A DNA stretch of 64,000 bases from Anaeromyxobacter sp. (GCA_049840735.1 JASGJN010000021.1:224001-288000), one strand, 5' to 3'. Positions 30,454 to 41,723 are shown, numbered from the stretch's first letter. Notes: a model not told the origin generated them from the sequence alone. Numbers and translations are program-made.

Positions 30454-31545
30454 TCCCCTGCCCTTCGACTCCGCCGGGGCCGGGGGCCCCGGCTACGCTC
30501 AGGGCGAACGGACTCCTCGAGCGACTCGAGCAGGAGCACGCGCTCGCGCGCGACGAGCTCATCACCCTGCTCGAGACCCCCGGCCTCGACGCCCCGCTGC
30601 TCGCCGCCGCCGACCGCGTCCGGCGCGCCAGCGTGGGCGACGAGGTCCACCTGCGCGGCCTGATCGAGTTCTCCAACCAGTGCGCGCGCAACTGCCTCTA
30701 CTGCGGCCTGCGCAAGGACAACCGCTCGCTCACGCGCTACCGGCTCACGCCGGACCAGGTCCTCGACCTGGCCCGCAAGGCGGTGGGCTACGGCTACCGC
30801 ACCGTGGTGCTCCAGTCCGGCGAGGGGACGCTCTATCGCCACGAGGAGCTGTGCGAGCTCCTGCGGGCCATCCACGGCCTGGGCGTGGCCATCACGCTCT
30901 CCCTCGGCGAGAAGACCCGCGCCCAGTACGAGGCCTACCGGGCCGCCGGGGCGGATCGCTACCTGCTCCGCATCGAGACCACCGACCGCGACCTCTATCA
31001 CCGGCTCGATCCCGGGCATGTCCTTCGACGACCGGGTGCGCTGCCTGCGCGACCTGCGCGAGCTGGGCTACGAGGTGGGCACCGGCTGCCTGGTGGGGCT
31101 GCCCGGCCAGACCCTGGCCTCGCTGGCGGACGACCTGCTCTTCTTCCAGGCCATCGACGCCGACATGATTGGCCTGGGCCCGTTCATCCCCAACCCGCGC
31201 ACGCCGCTGGGGAACGAGCCGGTGGGCAGCCTGGAGCTGGCGCTGCGGGTGATGGCCCTGGCGCGCCTGCTGCGCCCCGACGCCAACATCCCGGCCACCA
31301 CCGCGATGGAGACGCTCGACCCTGGCCGCGGCCGCGTGCGGGCGCTCAAGGGCGGGGCCAACGTGGTGATGCCCAACGTCACCGAGGGTGACGCCCGGCG
31401 GCTCTACGCGCTCTACCCCGGCAAGGCCTGCGCCGGCGAGGACCCGCAGGCCTGCAACGGCTGCCTGGGCAACACCATCGAGGCCATCGGCCGGACCATC
31501 TCGACGGGACAGGGGTTCCGGCGCGGGCGCGCGCCGCAGGCCTGA
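30450..31545 (+). CDS. hydE: [FeFe]-hydrogenase radical SAM maturase HydE (apparent frameshift near 31012)
   Basis: GDEVHLRGLIEFSNQCARNCLYCGLR, VLQSGE, LSLGE, RYLLRIET, GPFIP, PATTAM, GANVVMPN, Y.LYPGK; GTGA overlap with hydF stop. Confidence 0.92.
30462..30511 (+). repeat. Single repeat arm within the 5' end of hydE
   Basis: CCTTCGACTCCGCCGGGGCCGGGGGCCCCGGCTACGCTCAGGGCGAACGG. Confidence 0.88.
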
Positions 31546-31554
31546 GCGCCGCGC

Positions 31555-32007
31555 CTACTTCGCCCCCATCTCCGGCCACGCCTTCACGGCCAGGAAATAG
31601 GCGGCGCCGCCCTTCTCGCCGGTGACCATGTGCAGGAGCCGCTGCCCCTTCTCCACGCTCAGCGTGGACTGGGTGTTGCGGGCCACCAGCGCCACCTCGA
31701 GGGTGACCAGGTTGGGCTTCTCGTCCTGCAGCGTGAGCCCGGCCACGTCGCCGTCGGGCAGGTTCACGAAGACGGTCTTGCCCTTCACCAGCGTGAGCTG
31801 CTCCTCGCGCACCTGCTCCCAGGTCTGGTAGGCCAGCTTGGAGAACTGGCGCTGCAGGTCGTTGAGCTTCGCGTCGATCTTGCCGGGCGTGGCCCGCGAG
31901 CCCTTGATCAGCCGGACGTGCACCGGGACGTCGGCGCGCGCGGCCGCGGGGACGGCGAGGGCCAGGAGGGCGAGGGCGAGGGCGGTGGCGAGGCGGCGGC
32001 GGGTCAT
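31555..32007 (-). CDS. Exported hypothetical protein in the ECF operon
   Basis: Signal peptide MTRRRLATALALALLALAVPAAARA; host-like codon usage. Confidence 0.7.
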   Translation of the reverse strand: MTRRRLATALALALLALAVPAAARADVPVHVRLIKGSRATPGKIDAKLNDLQRQFSKLAYQTWEQVREEQLTLVKGKTVFVNLPDGDVAGLTLQDEKPNLVTLEVALVARNTQSTLSVEKGQRLLHMVTGEKGGAAYFLAVKAWPEMGAK

Positions 32008-32030
32008 GATGGTCTCCGGCCCGCGTGCGC

Positions 32031-32510
32031 TCAGGAGCCGCTGGTGTCGTCGTCGTCGATCAGCACGATCGGACCGTCCACGGTCTGCAGCACGGTGGCG
32101 ATCTGCCCCTCGCTCGACAGCTCGACCAGCGCGAGCTCCTCCGGGCGCTGGGCTTCGTACTGAACGTACAGGAAGAGCGCCAGGGCCGCCAGCGCCGGGA
32201 CGCCCGTGGCCAGCAGCGCCTTCCAGCGCAGCCCCAGCCAGCCCGGCAGGCCGCGGCGCACGGCCGCGGCAGGCGCCGAGCCCGGGTAGACCCGCTCCAT
32301 CACCTGGTCCACGAACGGCGCGAAGTCGCGGGCGTTGGCCCGGGCCAGGAGCGCCTCGGAGAGCAGCCCGTCGGTGGCGGCCAGGTCCGCCGCCAGCGCC
32401 TGGCAGCGCGCGCAGCCAGCCAGGTGGGTGGCCAGGTCCCTGGCCTCCTCCGGCGACAGCTCGCCCTCCCGGGCCCCGATCAGCGGTGCGTAGCGCAGAC
32501 AGGCCGTCAC
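32031..32510 (-). CDS. Zinc-finger (ZAS, zf-HC2) transmembrane anti-sigma factor
   Basis: HLAGCARC (HxxxCxxC), single TM segment, directly downstream of ECF sigma. Confidence 0.85.
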   Translation of the reverse strand: MTACLRYAPLIGAREGELSPEEARDLATHLAGCARCQALAADLAATDGLLSEALLARANARDFAPFVDQVMERVYPGSAPAAAVRRGLPGWLGLRWKALLATGVPALAALALFLYVQYEAQRPEELALVELSSEGQIATVLQTVDGPIVLIDDDDTSGS

Positions 32511-33121
32511 GTTCCTTCACCTTCCCCTTCGTCCCTCGGGTCGAGCCCGGCGTACTCGCGGAGCGCGGCCTGCATCTTCTTCCGGGCGTGGAAGAGCCGG
32601 CTCATCACCGTGCCCTTGTGGATCCCCAGCTGCTCGGCCAGCTCCTCGTAGGAGAGCCCCTCCAGCTCGCGCAGCACCAGGATCGTCCGGTGCTTCTCGG
32701 GCAGGGTGGCCAGCGCCGCCTCCATCTTGGAGGCCAGCTCGCGGCGCAGCGCGTTGGCGCCCGGATCGGCGCCCAGCGCGGTGGAGAGGATGCCCTCGCC
32801 GGCGTCGGTGAGGTCGGCCTCGCGCAGCTCGTCCACGTCGTCCTTCTGCGACTGGCGCTCCTTGCGGATGGCGTCGATGGCCAGGTGCGAGGTGATCCGG
32901 AACAGCCAGGTGGAGAAGGCCGACTCGCCCTTGAAGCTCTCCAGGCTCCGGTGGACCCGCACGAACGCCTCCTGGGAGACGTCCCAGGCCAGGTCGGGGT
33001 CTTTCACGATGCCCAGCGCCACGGCGTAGACCTTCCTCTGGTAGCGGACGACCAGCGCGCGGAAAGCGGCCTGCTCGCCGGACTTCACTCTCGTGATGAG
33101 GGCGAGGTCGTCTGCTTCCAT
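32507..33121 (-). CDS. ECF RNA polymerase sigma factor
   Basis: DVSQEAF, FSTWLFRI, LRELEGLSYEELA, GTVMSRLFHAR. Confidence 0.93.
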   Translation of the reverse strand: MEADDLALITRVKSGEQAAFRALVVRYQRKVYAVALGIVKDPDLAWDVSQEAFVRVHRSLESFKGESAFSTWLFRITSHLAIDAIRKERQSQKDDVDELREADLTDAGEGILSTALGADPGANALRRELASKMEAALATLPEKHRTILVLRELEGLSYEELAEQLGIHKGTVMSRLFHARKKMQAALREYAGLDPRDEGEGEGT

Positions 33122-33314
33122 GGGACGGACGGGGCTCCTGGGGGGAAATTCACCGGGCCGGTGACCCTATCACGGCCTCCCCGGCGCGGCACGCAGTCGC
33201 GCACCGCCGTCGGCGGAACCCCTGTCGTCATCGAGGTCGCCCGCCGGTGCCCCCCGCGTTATCCTTTCCGGACCCTGCCGCCGGGCTCTCGGCGGAGGCT
33301 CTCTCGAAAGGCTC

Positions 33315-36300
33315 ATGGCCGGCGCGTACCAGGATATCGCCCGCGTCCTTCGCGGGGCGCGTCGGCGCCAGGCGGGGGTGGTGATCGGCGCGGAGGTCGC
33401 CGCCGGCCTGGCCGTGGCGCTGCTGTGCCTGCTCCTGGGGGCCTGGGCCATCCGGGCCGGGGCCCGGTTGCCCTTCCGGTGGGTAGCCCTGGGCGGCGCC
33501 GCCGTGGCGCTCCTGCAGGCGGCCTGGCGCGCCTGGCGCGCCCTCCGGCGGGGCGCCTGGGACGACGCCGGCGCGGCCCGGACGGTGGGGGCCGGCCTGC
33601 CGGCGATCCACTCCGACCTGCTCTCGTCGGTGGAGCTCTCGCGCGATCGCGAGGCGCTGGCGGGGAGCGGCGGGTACTCGGCCGCGCTGATCGACGCGCA
33701 CGTGGAGCGGACCGCGGCGCGGGCCCGGGCGCTCGACCTCGCGCAGGTCATCCCTGACCGGCCGGCGCGGCGCGCCGGGGCGGCCCTGCTGGCGGTGGTC
33801 GTGGTCCATGGGGTGGCGCTGCTGTCGGGCGGGGCGCCGCTGGCGCACGCCTACCGGCGCGTGGTGGCGGGCGACCCGCCGGGCGCGCCGCCGCCGCAGC
33901 TCGATCCCATCACCGGCGACATCCAGCTCACCTACCGCTACCCGGCCTACATGCGCCGCGACGCGAAGACCGTGGCCGGCACCGGCGGCGAGATCCGCGC
34001 GCCCAGGGGCACCGAGGTGATCCTCGAGACCCGGGCCGACCGCGAGGTGGCCGCGGCGGAGCTGCTGATGGAGGGGCAGCCGGAGCAGGCGATGCCGGCG
34101 GCGAAGGCGGACGAGAAGCCTGCGGCCGCGCCCGCCGCACCCGCACACGCACCTGCGGTGAAGCGCTGGGCGCTCGCGGTGAAGGACGGCCGCGACCTCT
34201 CCGGCCGGCTGGTGGTGGAGGACGGCGGCAGCTACCGGTTCCGCTTCCTGGATCGCAAGGGGCGCGAGCTGGCGCTGGGCGCGCCGCTGCCCATCGTGGT
34301 CGAGCCGGACGCCTTCCCCACCGCGCAGCTCACCGCGCCGGAGCGCGAGGTGGAGGTGGACGCGGGCGCCACCGTCAACGTGGGCTGGTCGGCGGAGGAC
34401 GACGTCGGCCTGGACGAGGTGGCGCTGGTGCTGACGCTGCCCGGCGGCAAGGAGGACCGGCGCGTGCTGCGCAGCGGCGACCCGGTCCGCCGCGACGGCG
34501 GCGACCTCCCGCTGCCGCTCGGGCCGCTCAAGCTGGCCGAGGGCGAGGAGCTCACCTACCGGCTGGAGGCGCGCGACGGCGACACCGTCTCCGGCCCCAA
34601 GACCGGCAGCTCGGACACCCACGTCATCCGCGTCTACTCCGAGGCCGAGCACCGCCGCCGCATCCTGGAGAAGGCCACCGCGGCCTTCGAGGAGCTGGTG
34701 GCGCTGCTGGGCGACCGGCTGGACCTCTTCGCGCAGGGCTCGGTGGCCACCGCCGACCGGCTGCCGCTGGCCACCGCGCTGGACGGCCGCGCGCGCGGGC
34801 TGCACGAGAAGCTGCGCCAGGCGGCCCAGGAGATCCGCGCCGACCGGGCCGGGCCGCCGGAGGTGGCGGCGGCGCTGCAGAACGTGGCCACCTCGCTGCG
34901 CGTGGCGGAGCAGCGGGTCTCGGCCACGCGCGCGCAGGTGGCGCAGGCCTTCCGCATCCGCGTGCTGCCGGACCGCTCGGTGGTCCGGACCATGGGCTGG
35001 TTCGACGCCCAGCTGGACCGCGAGCTGGAGAAGGGGATCCTCTACCTCGAGCAGCTGCTGGACAAGCGGCGGGCGGAGGACCTGGTGCGGCTGGCCAGGG
35101 ACCTGAACGCCCGGCGCAAGGAGCTGGCGGGCCTGCTGGACCGCTACCGCCAGGCGCCCACCGAGGCCCGCAAGCAGGAGCTGGTGGCGCAGGTGCAGCG
35201 GATGAAGGAGCGGGTCCGCGACCTCTTGCAGCGGATGGCGGAGCTGTCGAAGGGGTTCAACGACGAGCACATGAACCAGGAGGCCCTGGCCGAGCTGGCG
35301 AAGTCGCAGGACCTCATGTCCGGGCTCGACGACATCGAGAAGAAGCTCGCCGCTGGCGACGTGGAGGGGGCCATGAAGGCGCTCGACCAGATGGCGGGCG
35401 CCATGGACCAGATGATGGCCGGCCTGCAGCGCACCGCCGGGCGCCCGGACGAGAAGGCCCAGGCGCTGCGCCAGGAGCTGATGGCGTTCCAGGAGGCGCT
35501 GGAGCGGGTCCAGAAGGACCAGGCCGCCACCGCCGCCGAGACCGGGAAGATCCGCGCCGCCTACCGCAAGCGCGCCGCCGAGCAGATGAAGAACCTGGAG
35601 GCGGACCTCAAGAAGCTCTCCCAGCTGGCCACCGAGGCGCGCAAGGACGTGGAGGCCACCGCGCCGGCGGTGACCCCGCGCACGCAGCCGGAGTACGAGG
35701 GCTCGCGCGACGCGCTGCAGGACGTGGAGAAGGCGCTCTCCATGCGCGAGCTGGAGGGCGCGCGCGAGGCGGTCGAGAAGGCGGACCCGCCGGTGCGGGG
35801 GCTGACCCTGCAGCTCGACCAGGACGCGCTGATGGGCTCGCGCTCGCTGGGCGGGCCGGGCGAGGAGGTGGCCGGCGAGGCCGCCCGGCGGGCCCACGGC
35901 GCGAGCGGCAAGGTGGCGGAGCTGAGGAAGAAGCTGGACCAGCTCTTCCCGGATCCGCGCGGCGTGCTCTCCAAGGACGAGCAGAAGCGGCTGGGCGAGC
36001 TGGGCGAGCAGCAGGCCAGGCTGGAGAAGGACGCCGCCAGGCTGCAGGAGCAGCTCGGCAAGCTGGCGCAGGAGGCGCCCATCTTCCCGCCCTCGGCGCA
36101 GGAGCAGCTGGGCCAGGGGCGCGGCCACATGGGCGAGGCGGCGGCGGAGCTGGGCGCGCGCAACCCGCAGCGGGGCCACGGCCACCAGCAGCTGGCCATG
36201 GACGCGCTGGAGCGGGTCAGGAAGGGGCTGGAGGACGCCGCCAGGAAGGGCGGGCAGGGCGGCGGCCAGGGCTTCCCGTTCCCGTTCGCCGAGAGCGGCG

Positions 36301-36479
36301 ACCAGGACGGTCAGGGCGACGGGCTGCAGGCCTCGCGCGAGAAGGTGAAGATCCCGGGCGCCGAGGCGCACAAGGTCCCGGAGGCCTTCCGGAAGGACCT
36401 GATGGAGGCGATGAAGCAGGGCGCGCCGGAGCGGTACCGGCAGGACGTGCAGCGCTACTACGAGGAGCTGGTCAAGTGA
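33315..36479 (+). CDS. DUF4175-like membrane-anchored coiled-coil protein
   Basis: Three N-terminal TM segments, Y.YPAY, AEDDVGL Ig-like region, long coiled coil, C-terminal PERYRQDVQRYYEEL. Confidence 0.75.
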   Translation: MAGAYQDIARVLRGARRRQAGVVIGAEVAAGLAVALLCLLLGAWAIRAGARLPFRWVALGGAAVALLQAAWRAWRALRRGAWDDAGAARTVGAGLPAIHSDLLSSVELSRDREALAGSGGYSAALIDAHVERTAARARALDLAQVIPDRPARRAGAALLAVVVVHGVALLSGGAPLAHAYRRVVAGDPPGAPPPQLDPITGDIQLTYRYPAYMRRDAKTVAGTGGEIRAPRGTEVILETRADREVAAAELLMEGQPEQAMPAAKADEKPAAAPAAPAHAPAVKRWALAVKDGRDLSGRLVVEDGGSYRFRFLDRKGRELALGAPLPIVVEPDAFPTAQLTAPEREVEVDAGATVNVGWSAEDDVGLDEVALVLTLPGGKEDRRVLRSGDPVRRDGGDLPLPLGPLKLAEGEELTYRLEARDGDTVSGPKTGSSDTHVIRVYSEAEHRRRILEKATAAFEELVALLGDRLDLFAQGSVATADRLPLATALDGRARGLHEKLRQAAQEIRADRAGPPEVAAALQNVATSLRVAEQRVSATRAQVAQAFRIRVLPDRSVVRTMGWFDAQLDRELEKGILYLEQLLDKRRAEDLVRLARDLNARRKELAGLLDRYRQAPTEARKQELVAQVQRMKERVRDLLQRMAELSKGFNDEHMNQEALAELAKSQDLMSGLDDIEKKLAAGDVEGAMKALDQMAGAMDQMMAGLQRTAGRPDEKAQALRQELMAFQEALERVQKDQAATAAETGKIRAAYRKRAAEQMKNLEADLKKLSQLATEARKDVEATAPAVTPRTQPEYEGSRDALQDVEKALSMRELEGAREAVEKADPPVRGLTLQLDQDALMGSRSLGGPGEEVAGEAARRAHGASGKVAELRKKLDQLFPDPRGVLSKDEQKRLGELGEQQARLEKDAARLQEQLGKLAQEAPIFPPSAQEQLGQGRGHMGEAAAELGARNPQRGHGHQQLAMDALERVRKGLEDAARKGGQGGGQGFPFPFAESGDQDGQGDGLQASREKVKIPGAEAHKVPEAFRKDLMEAMKQGAPERYRQDVQRYYEELVK

Positions 36480-38064
36480 CGCCGCCTGGCCCTCGAGGCC
36501 GCGCCCGCCCGGCGGCCCTGGCGGTCGCCCTGCTGGTGGCGGCGGTGGCGGTTTGGCCCGCCGCCGCCTTCGCCGCCAGCAAGGCCGAGACCGCCGCGCT
36601 GGCGGCGCTGCGCGCGCTGGCCGACGAGGACGTGGAGGGCGCGCGCCGGGCGCTGCAGCCGTTCGAGCCGCTCGACGCCGGTCCGCCGCCATCCTCTACG
36701 CCGCCGGCGCGCTCCGCTTCCACGAGCAGCGCTACCCCGAGGCGCTCCAGCTGCTGGAGACGTCGGGCGCCGGCAGCGCCGAGTACGTCGCGCTGGCCCG
36801 CGCGGCGCAGGCGGTCACGAAGGACCACGTCCGCGCCGAGGGCGAGCACTTCGTGGTCTCCTGCCCGAAGGGCAAGGACGAGGTGCTGGTCCCCTACCTG
36901 CTCGACGCGCTGGAGCGCCAGCGCGCCGCGCTGGTGAAGGCGCTGGGGCCGGTGCCGCCGGGCAAGGTGACGGTCGAGCTGGTCAACGACGTGAAGCAGC
37001 TGGCGGCGCTCACCACGCTCAGCGAGGCGGAGGTCCGCACCAGCGGCACGGTGGCGGTGTCCAAGTTCAACAAGCTGATGATGCTGTCGCCCAAGGCGCT
37101 GCTGAAGGGCTACGACTGGCTGGACACCGCGGCGCACGAGTACACGCACACGGCGGTGACGGCCCGCACCCGCAACCGCGCGCCCATCTGGCTGCAGGAG
37201 GGGCTGGCCAAGTGGTTCGAGGCGGCCTGGCGCGGCGGCACCGACGCGCTCACGCCCTTCTCGGCGGCGCTGGTGAAGGACGCGGTGGCCTCCAGGTCGC
37301 TGGTCACCTTCCAGGAGATGCACCCCTCGCTGGCCAAGCTCCCCTCGCAGGAGCGGGCGGCGCTGGCCTACGCGCAGGTGGTGCTGGCCATGGAGCACCT
37401 GGTCCAGGCGCGCGGGCCGCAGGCGCTGGGGCGCCTCACCGGCGAGATCGGCGAGGGCAAGCCGGTGGAGACCGCCGTGGCCGACGCGGCCGGCGTCCCC
37501 TTCGACCGCTTCCTCGCCGACTGGAGGAAGCACATGGCCACCCGCCCGCTGCCGCGCGGCGGCGACCACGAGCTGCGCCGGCTGCGCTTCAAGGACGATC
37601 CGAAGCAGGCCGGGGGCGAGTGGTCGGAGATCGGCGACCAGGAGGCGCAGGGCTGGGCGCGGCTGGGTGAGATCTTCCGGGCGCGCGGGCGCTGGGGCGC
37701 GGCGCGGCAGGAGTACGCCAAGGCCTACCAGAAGGTGGGCGCGCGCATCCCCATCCTCTCGGGCCAGTACGCGCTGGCGGCCAGCATGTCCGGCGCCAAG
37801 CCGGAGGCGGAGAAGGTGCTGGGCGAGGCGCTGGCCTGGAACCCGGACTACCCCGCCTTGAACCTCCAGCTGGCCCGGCTGCTGCTGGACCGCGGCCAGC
37901 TGCAGCAGGCCCGCGACCACCTGCTGGCGGCCAACCGCCAGGACCCCTTCGACCCCGAGATCCACGCTGGCCTGTCCAAGGTGCTGGAGGCGCTGGGTGA
38001 CCCCGGAGGCGCCTCGCGGGAGGCCCGCTTCGCGAGGATACTCACCGGCCAGGAGACCCCATGA
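36476..38064 (+). CDS. Exported peptidase MA-like (HExxH) / TPR protein (apparent frameshift near 36685)
   Basis: Signal peptide in the 36476 frame; AHEYTH...PIWLQEGLA and C-terminal TPR-like helices in the 36553 frame. Confidence 0.75.
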
Positions 38065-39089
38065 GCACGCCCACCGCGACCCCCCCGCCGCTGCCCGTCA
38101 ACCCGGAGGCCGACCTGCAGGCCGTGCACGAGCTGCACGACGCCCGGCGCATGATCCTCTCGGAGATCGAGAAGCGGATCGTGGGCCAGAAGGACGTGGT
38201 GGACTCGCTGCTGGTGGCGCTGTTCGCGCGCGGCCACTGCCTGTTCGTGGGCGTGCCCGGGCTGGCCAAGACCCTGCTCATCTCCACGGTGGCGGACGTC
38301 CTCGACCTCTCCTTCAACCGCATCCAGTTCACGCCGGACCTGATGCCCTCCGACATCACCGGCACCGACGTGCTGGAGGAGGACCACACCACCGGCCGCC
38401 GCGCCTTCCGCTTCGTGCGCGGCCCCATCTTCGCGAACCTGCTCCTGGCCGATGAGATCAACCGCACGCCGCCCAAGACGCAGGCGGCGCTGCTGCAGGC
38501 CATGCAGGAGTACCGGGTCACCGCCGGCGGCGAGACCTACCCGCTCGACCTGCCCTTCCTGGTCTTCGCCACCCAGAACCCCATCGAGCAGGAGGGGACC
38601 TACCCGCTCCCCGAGGCGCAGCTGGACCGGTTCATGTTCTACGTGAACGTGAGCTACCCCACCGCGCTGGAGGAGCTGGAGATCGTCCGCTCCACCACCG
38701 TCTCCAGCCGCCCGCCGCTCCACCGCGTCCTCTCCCCGCACAAGATCCGCGAGCTGCAGGACCTGGTGCTGCGCGTCCCCGCCGCCGACCACGTCATCAA
38801 GTACGCCGTCGAGCTGGTGCGCCGCACGCGCCCCGGCGAGCCGGGCGCGCCCGACTTCGTGAAGGACAACGTCTCCTGGGGCGCCGGTCCGCGCGCCAGC
38901 CAGTACCTGGTGCTGGGCGCCAAGAGCCGCGCCATCCTCGACGGCCGCATGGCCGCCAGCGAGGAGGACGTCCGCGCCCTGGCGCGCAACGTCCTCGTCC
39001 ACCGCGTCATCACCAACTTCCGCGCCGAGAGCGAGGGCGTCACCAGCCAGCAGATCGTGGAGCGGCTGGTGGAGAAGGTCAGGGTGTGA
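38061..39089 (+). CDS. moxR: MoxR family AAA+ ATPase
   Basis: GVPGLAKT, RIQFTPDLMPSDITG, DEINR, ATQNPIEQEGTYPLPEAQLDRF. Confidence 0.95.
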   Translation: MSTPTATPPPLPVNPEADLQAVHELHDARRMILSEIEKRIVGQKDVVDSLLVALFARGHCLFVGVPGLAKTLLISTVADVLDLSFNRIQFTPDLMPSDITGTDVLEEDHTTGRRAFRFVRGPIFANLLLADEINRTPPKTQAALLQAMQEYRVTAGGETYPLDLPFLVFATQNPIEQEGTYPLPEAQLDRFMFYVNVSYPTALEELEIVRSTTVSSRPPLHRVLSPHKIRELQDLVLRVPAADHVIKYAVELVRRTRPGEPGAPDFVKDNVSWGAGPRASQYLVLGAKSRAILDGRMAASEEDVRALARNVLVHRVITNFRAESEGVTSQQIVERLVEKVRV

Positions 39090-39140
39090 GGGGCGCAGGT
39101 GGTCGCCTCGGCTCCGCGGCAGGGGCCGGTTCACCCGAAT

Positions 39141-39748
39141 CCGTTCGGGCTGAGTCCTTCGACTTCGCGCCCGCGGGGCGGGCGCTACGCTCAGGACGAG
39201 CGGAGTCGAAGCCCAGGCGCTGTCGGTCCCCGTTCATCCTTCGACTCCGGGCCCGGAGAGTCGGAGGCGGCCGGGACGGAGCCCGGGCCCTACGCTCAGG
39301 ACGAACGGGATGCGAACGGCGCACGGGCCCAGGTGGCAGCTCCGGTCGGGCAGAGCGCAGCGGCAGCGGAGCGGCCGCGGAGTCGAAGCCCAGGTCGGCA
39401 CCGGGACCAGCAGGCTGTCGGTCCCCGTTCATCCTTCGACTCCGGGCCCGGAGAGTCGGAGGCGGCCGGGACCGAGCCCGGGCCCTACGCTCAGGACGAA
39501 CGGGATGCGAACGGCGCACGGGCCCAGGTGGCAGCTCCGGTCGGGCTGAGCGTAGTGGCCTGGCAGGCGAATCCGTTCGGGCTGAGCGTAGCGGCCGCGC
39601 AGCGGCCGCGGAGTCGAAGCCCAGGGATCGGCCAGGGAGCGGAAAAGGGCCGTGATACGGACCTGGGTCCGCGGTACGGACCCCATCCGTTCGCCCTGAG
39701 CGTAGCCGCCGTCCGCCAGGACGGCGGCGAAGTCGAAGGGGCGAACGG
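39141..39748. repeat. BIME-like cluster of 8 repeat arms upstream of the GIY-YIG gene
   Basis: Arms at about 39141 (nested arm at 39156), 39230, 39342, 39425, 39537, 39573, 39687; block duplicated at a 195-bp offset. Confidence 0.9.
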
Positions 39749-39785
39749 GATCCGCCTTCGCACGGTTCTTGAACTGCTCCGAGGC

Positions 39786-40815
39786 ATGAAGCCCTTCTTC
39801 GTCTACATGCTGGAGTGCGCCGACGGCACCTACTACACGGGCCACACCGAGGATCTCGAGGCGCGCCTCGCCGAGCACCAGGCCGGCGAGACGCCGGGGT
39901 ACACGAAGAAGCGCCGCCCGGTCGAGCTGGTGTGGTGCGCCGAGTTCGCCCGGCGGGACGAGGCGCTCGAGCGGGAACTCCAGATCAAGGGCTGGACGCG
40001 GGCCAAGAAGCAGGCGCTCATCGAGGAGGACTGGGGTGAGATCAGGCGGCTCGCGCGAGGGCCTGACCGCAAGCTGCGACCCCGTTCATCCTTCGACTTC
40101 GCTTGCCCTGAGCGTAGCGCCGCCCCGGCGGCGCGGAGCCGAAGGGCTCAGGACGAACGGGATACGAACGGCTCGCGGGCCCCGGGAGCAGATCCGTTCG
40201 GGCTGAGCGTAGCGGCCGCGGAGCGGCCGCGGAGTCGAAGCCCAGGCGCTGTCGGTCCCCGTTCATCCTTCGACTTCGGGCCCGGAGCGTCAGCGGCAGG
40301 CGGGACCAGGCCCGGGCCCTACGCTCAGGACGAACGGGATACGAACGGCTCGCGGGCCCCGGGAGCAGATCCGTTCGGGCTGAGCGTAGCGGCCGCGGAG
40401 CGGCCGCGGAGTCGAAGCCCGGGCGCTGTCGGTCCCCGTTCATCCTTCGACTTCGGGCCCGGAGCGTCAGCGGCAGGTGGGACCGAGCCCGGGCCCTACG
40501 CTCAGGACGAACGGGATACGAACGGCTCGCGGGCCCCGGGAGCAGATCCGTTCGGGCTGAGCGTAGCGGCCGCGGAGCGGCCGCGGAGTCGAAGCCCGGG
40601 CGCTGTCGGTCCCCGTTCATCCTTCGACTTCGGGCCCGGAGCGTCAGCGGCAGGTGGGACCGAGCCCGGGCCCTACGCTCAGGACGAACGGGATACGAAC
40701 GGCTCGCGGGCCCCGGGAGCGGATCCGTTCGGGCTTAGCGTAGCGGCCGCGGAGCGGCCGCGGAGTCGAAGCCCGGGCGCTGACCAGCGTCGAAGCCCAG
40801 GGAGTCACCGGAACC

Positions 40816-40823
<8 letters not shown>
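39786..40823 (+). CDS. GIY-YIG nuclease (UPF0213/YhbQ-like, about 95-aa domain) with repeat-derived C-terminal extension
   Basis: MKPFFVYMLECADGTYYTGHTEDLEARLAEH...YT..RRPVELVW...ALERELQIKGWTRAKKQALI; GAGG just before ATG; no stop until 40821-40823. Confidence 0.9.
40082..40798. repeat. BIME-like tandem array (177-bp period) of alternating repeat arms downstream of the GIY-YIG domain
   Basis: T(G/T)AGCGTAGC recurs at 40204, 40381, 40558, 40735; units nearly identical; 9 arms including one nested. Confidence 0.93.

Positions 40824-41719
<896 letters not shown>

Positions 41720-41723
<4 letters not shown>

Larger units (their letters stand above)
39141..40798 (+). mobile_element. Putative repeat-flanked GIY-YIG nuclease cassette between moxR and DUF58
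   Basis: Nuclease gene bracketed by inverted arms of a family dispersed through the window; separates normally adjacent genes; no target-site duplication seen. Confidence 0.55.

Noticed and set aside
28200..31391. 1063-aa HydF-HydE fusion ORF
   Set aside because: It joins the hydF 5' half and the hydE 5' half through an off-frame reading of the hydF 3' half, a by-product of two single-base frameshifts.
39099..39785. N-terminal extension of the GIY-YIG protein from GTG 39099
   Set aside because: Almost entirely repeat-derived; ATG 39786 matches the usual start of this family.
40145..40790. 177-bp array (and the 25644-26050 array) as CRISPR or integron attC cassettes
   Set aside because: Intervening sequences are near-identical rather than unique; no cas or integrase gene and no cassette ORFs.
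39090..40815. Classical IS element with target-site duplication
   Set aside because: No DDE, HUH or serine/tyrosine recombinase ORF, and no convincing direct repeat at the borders.
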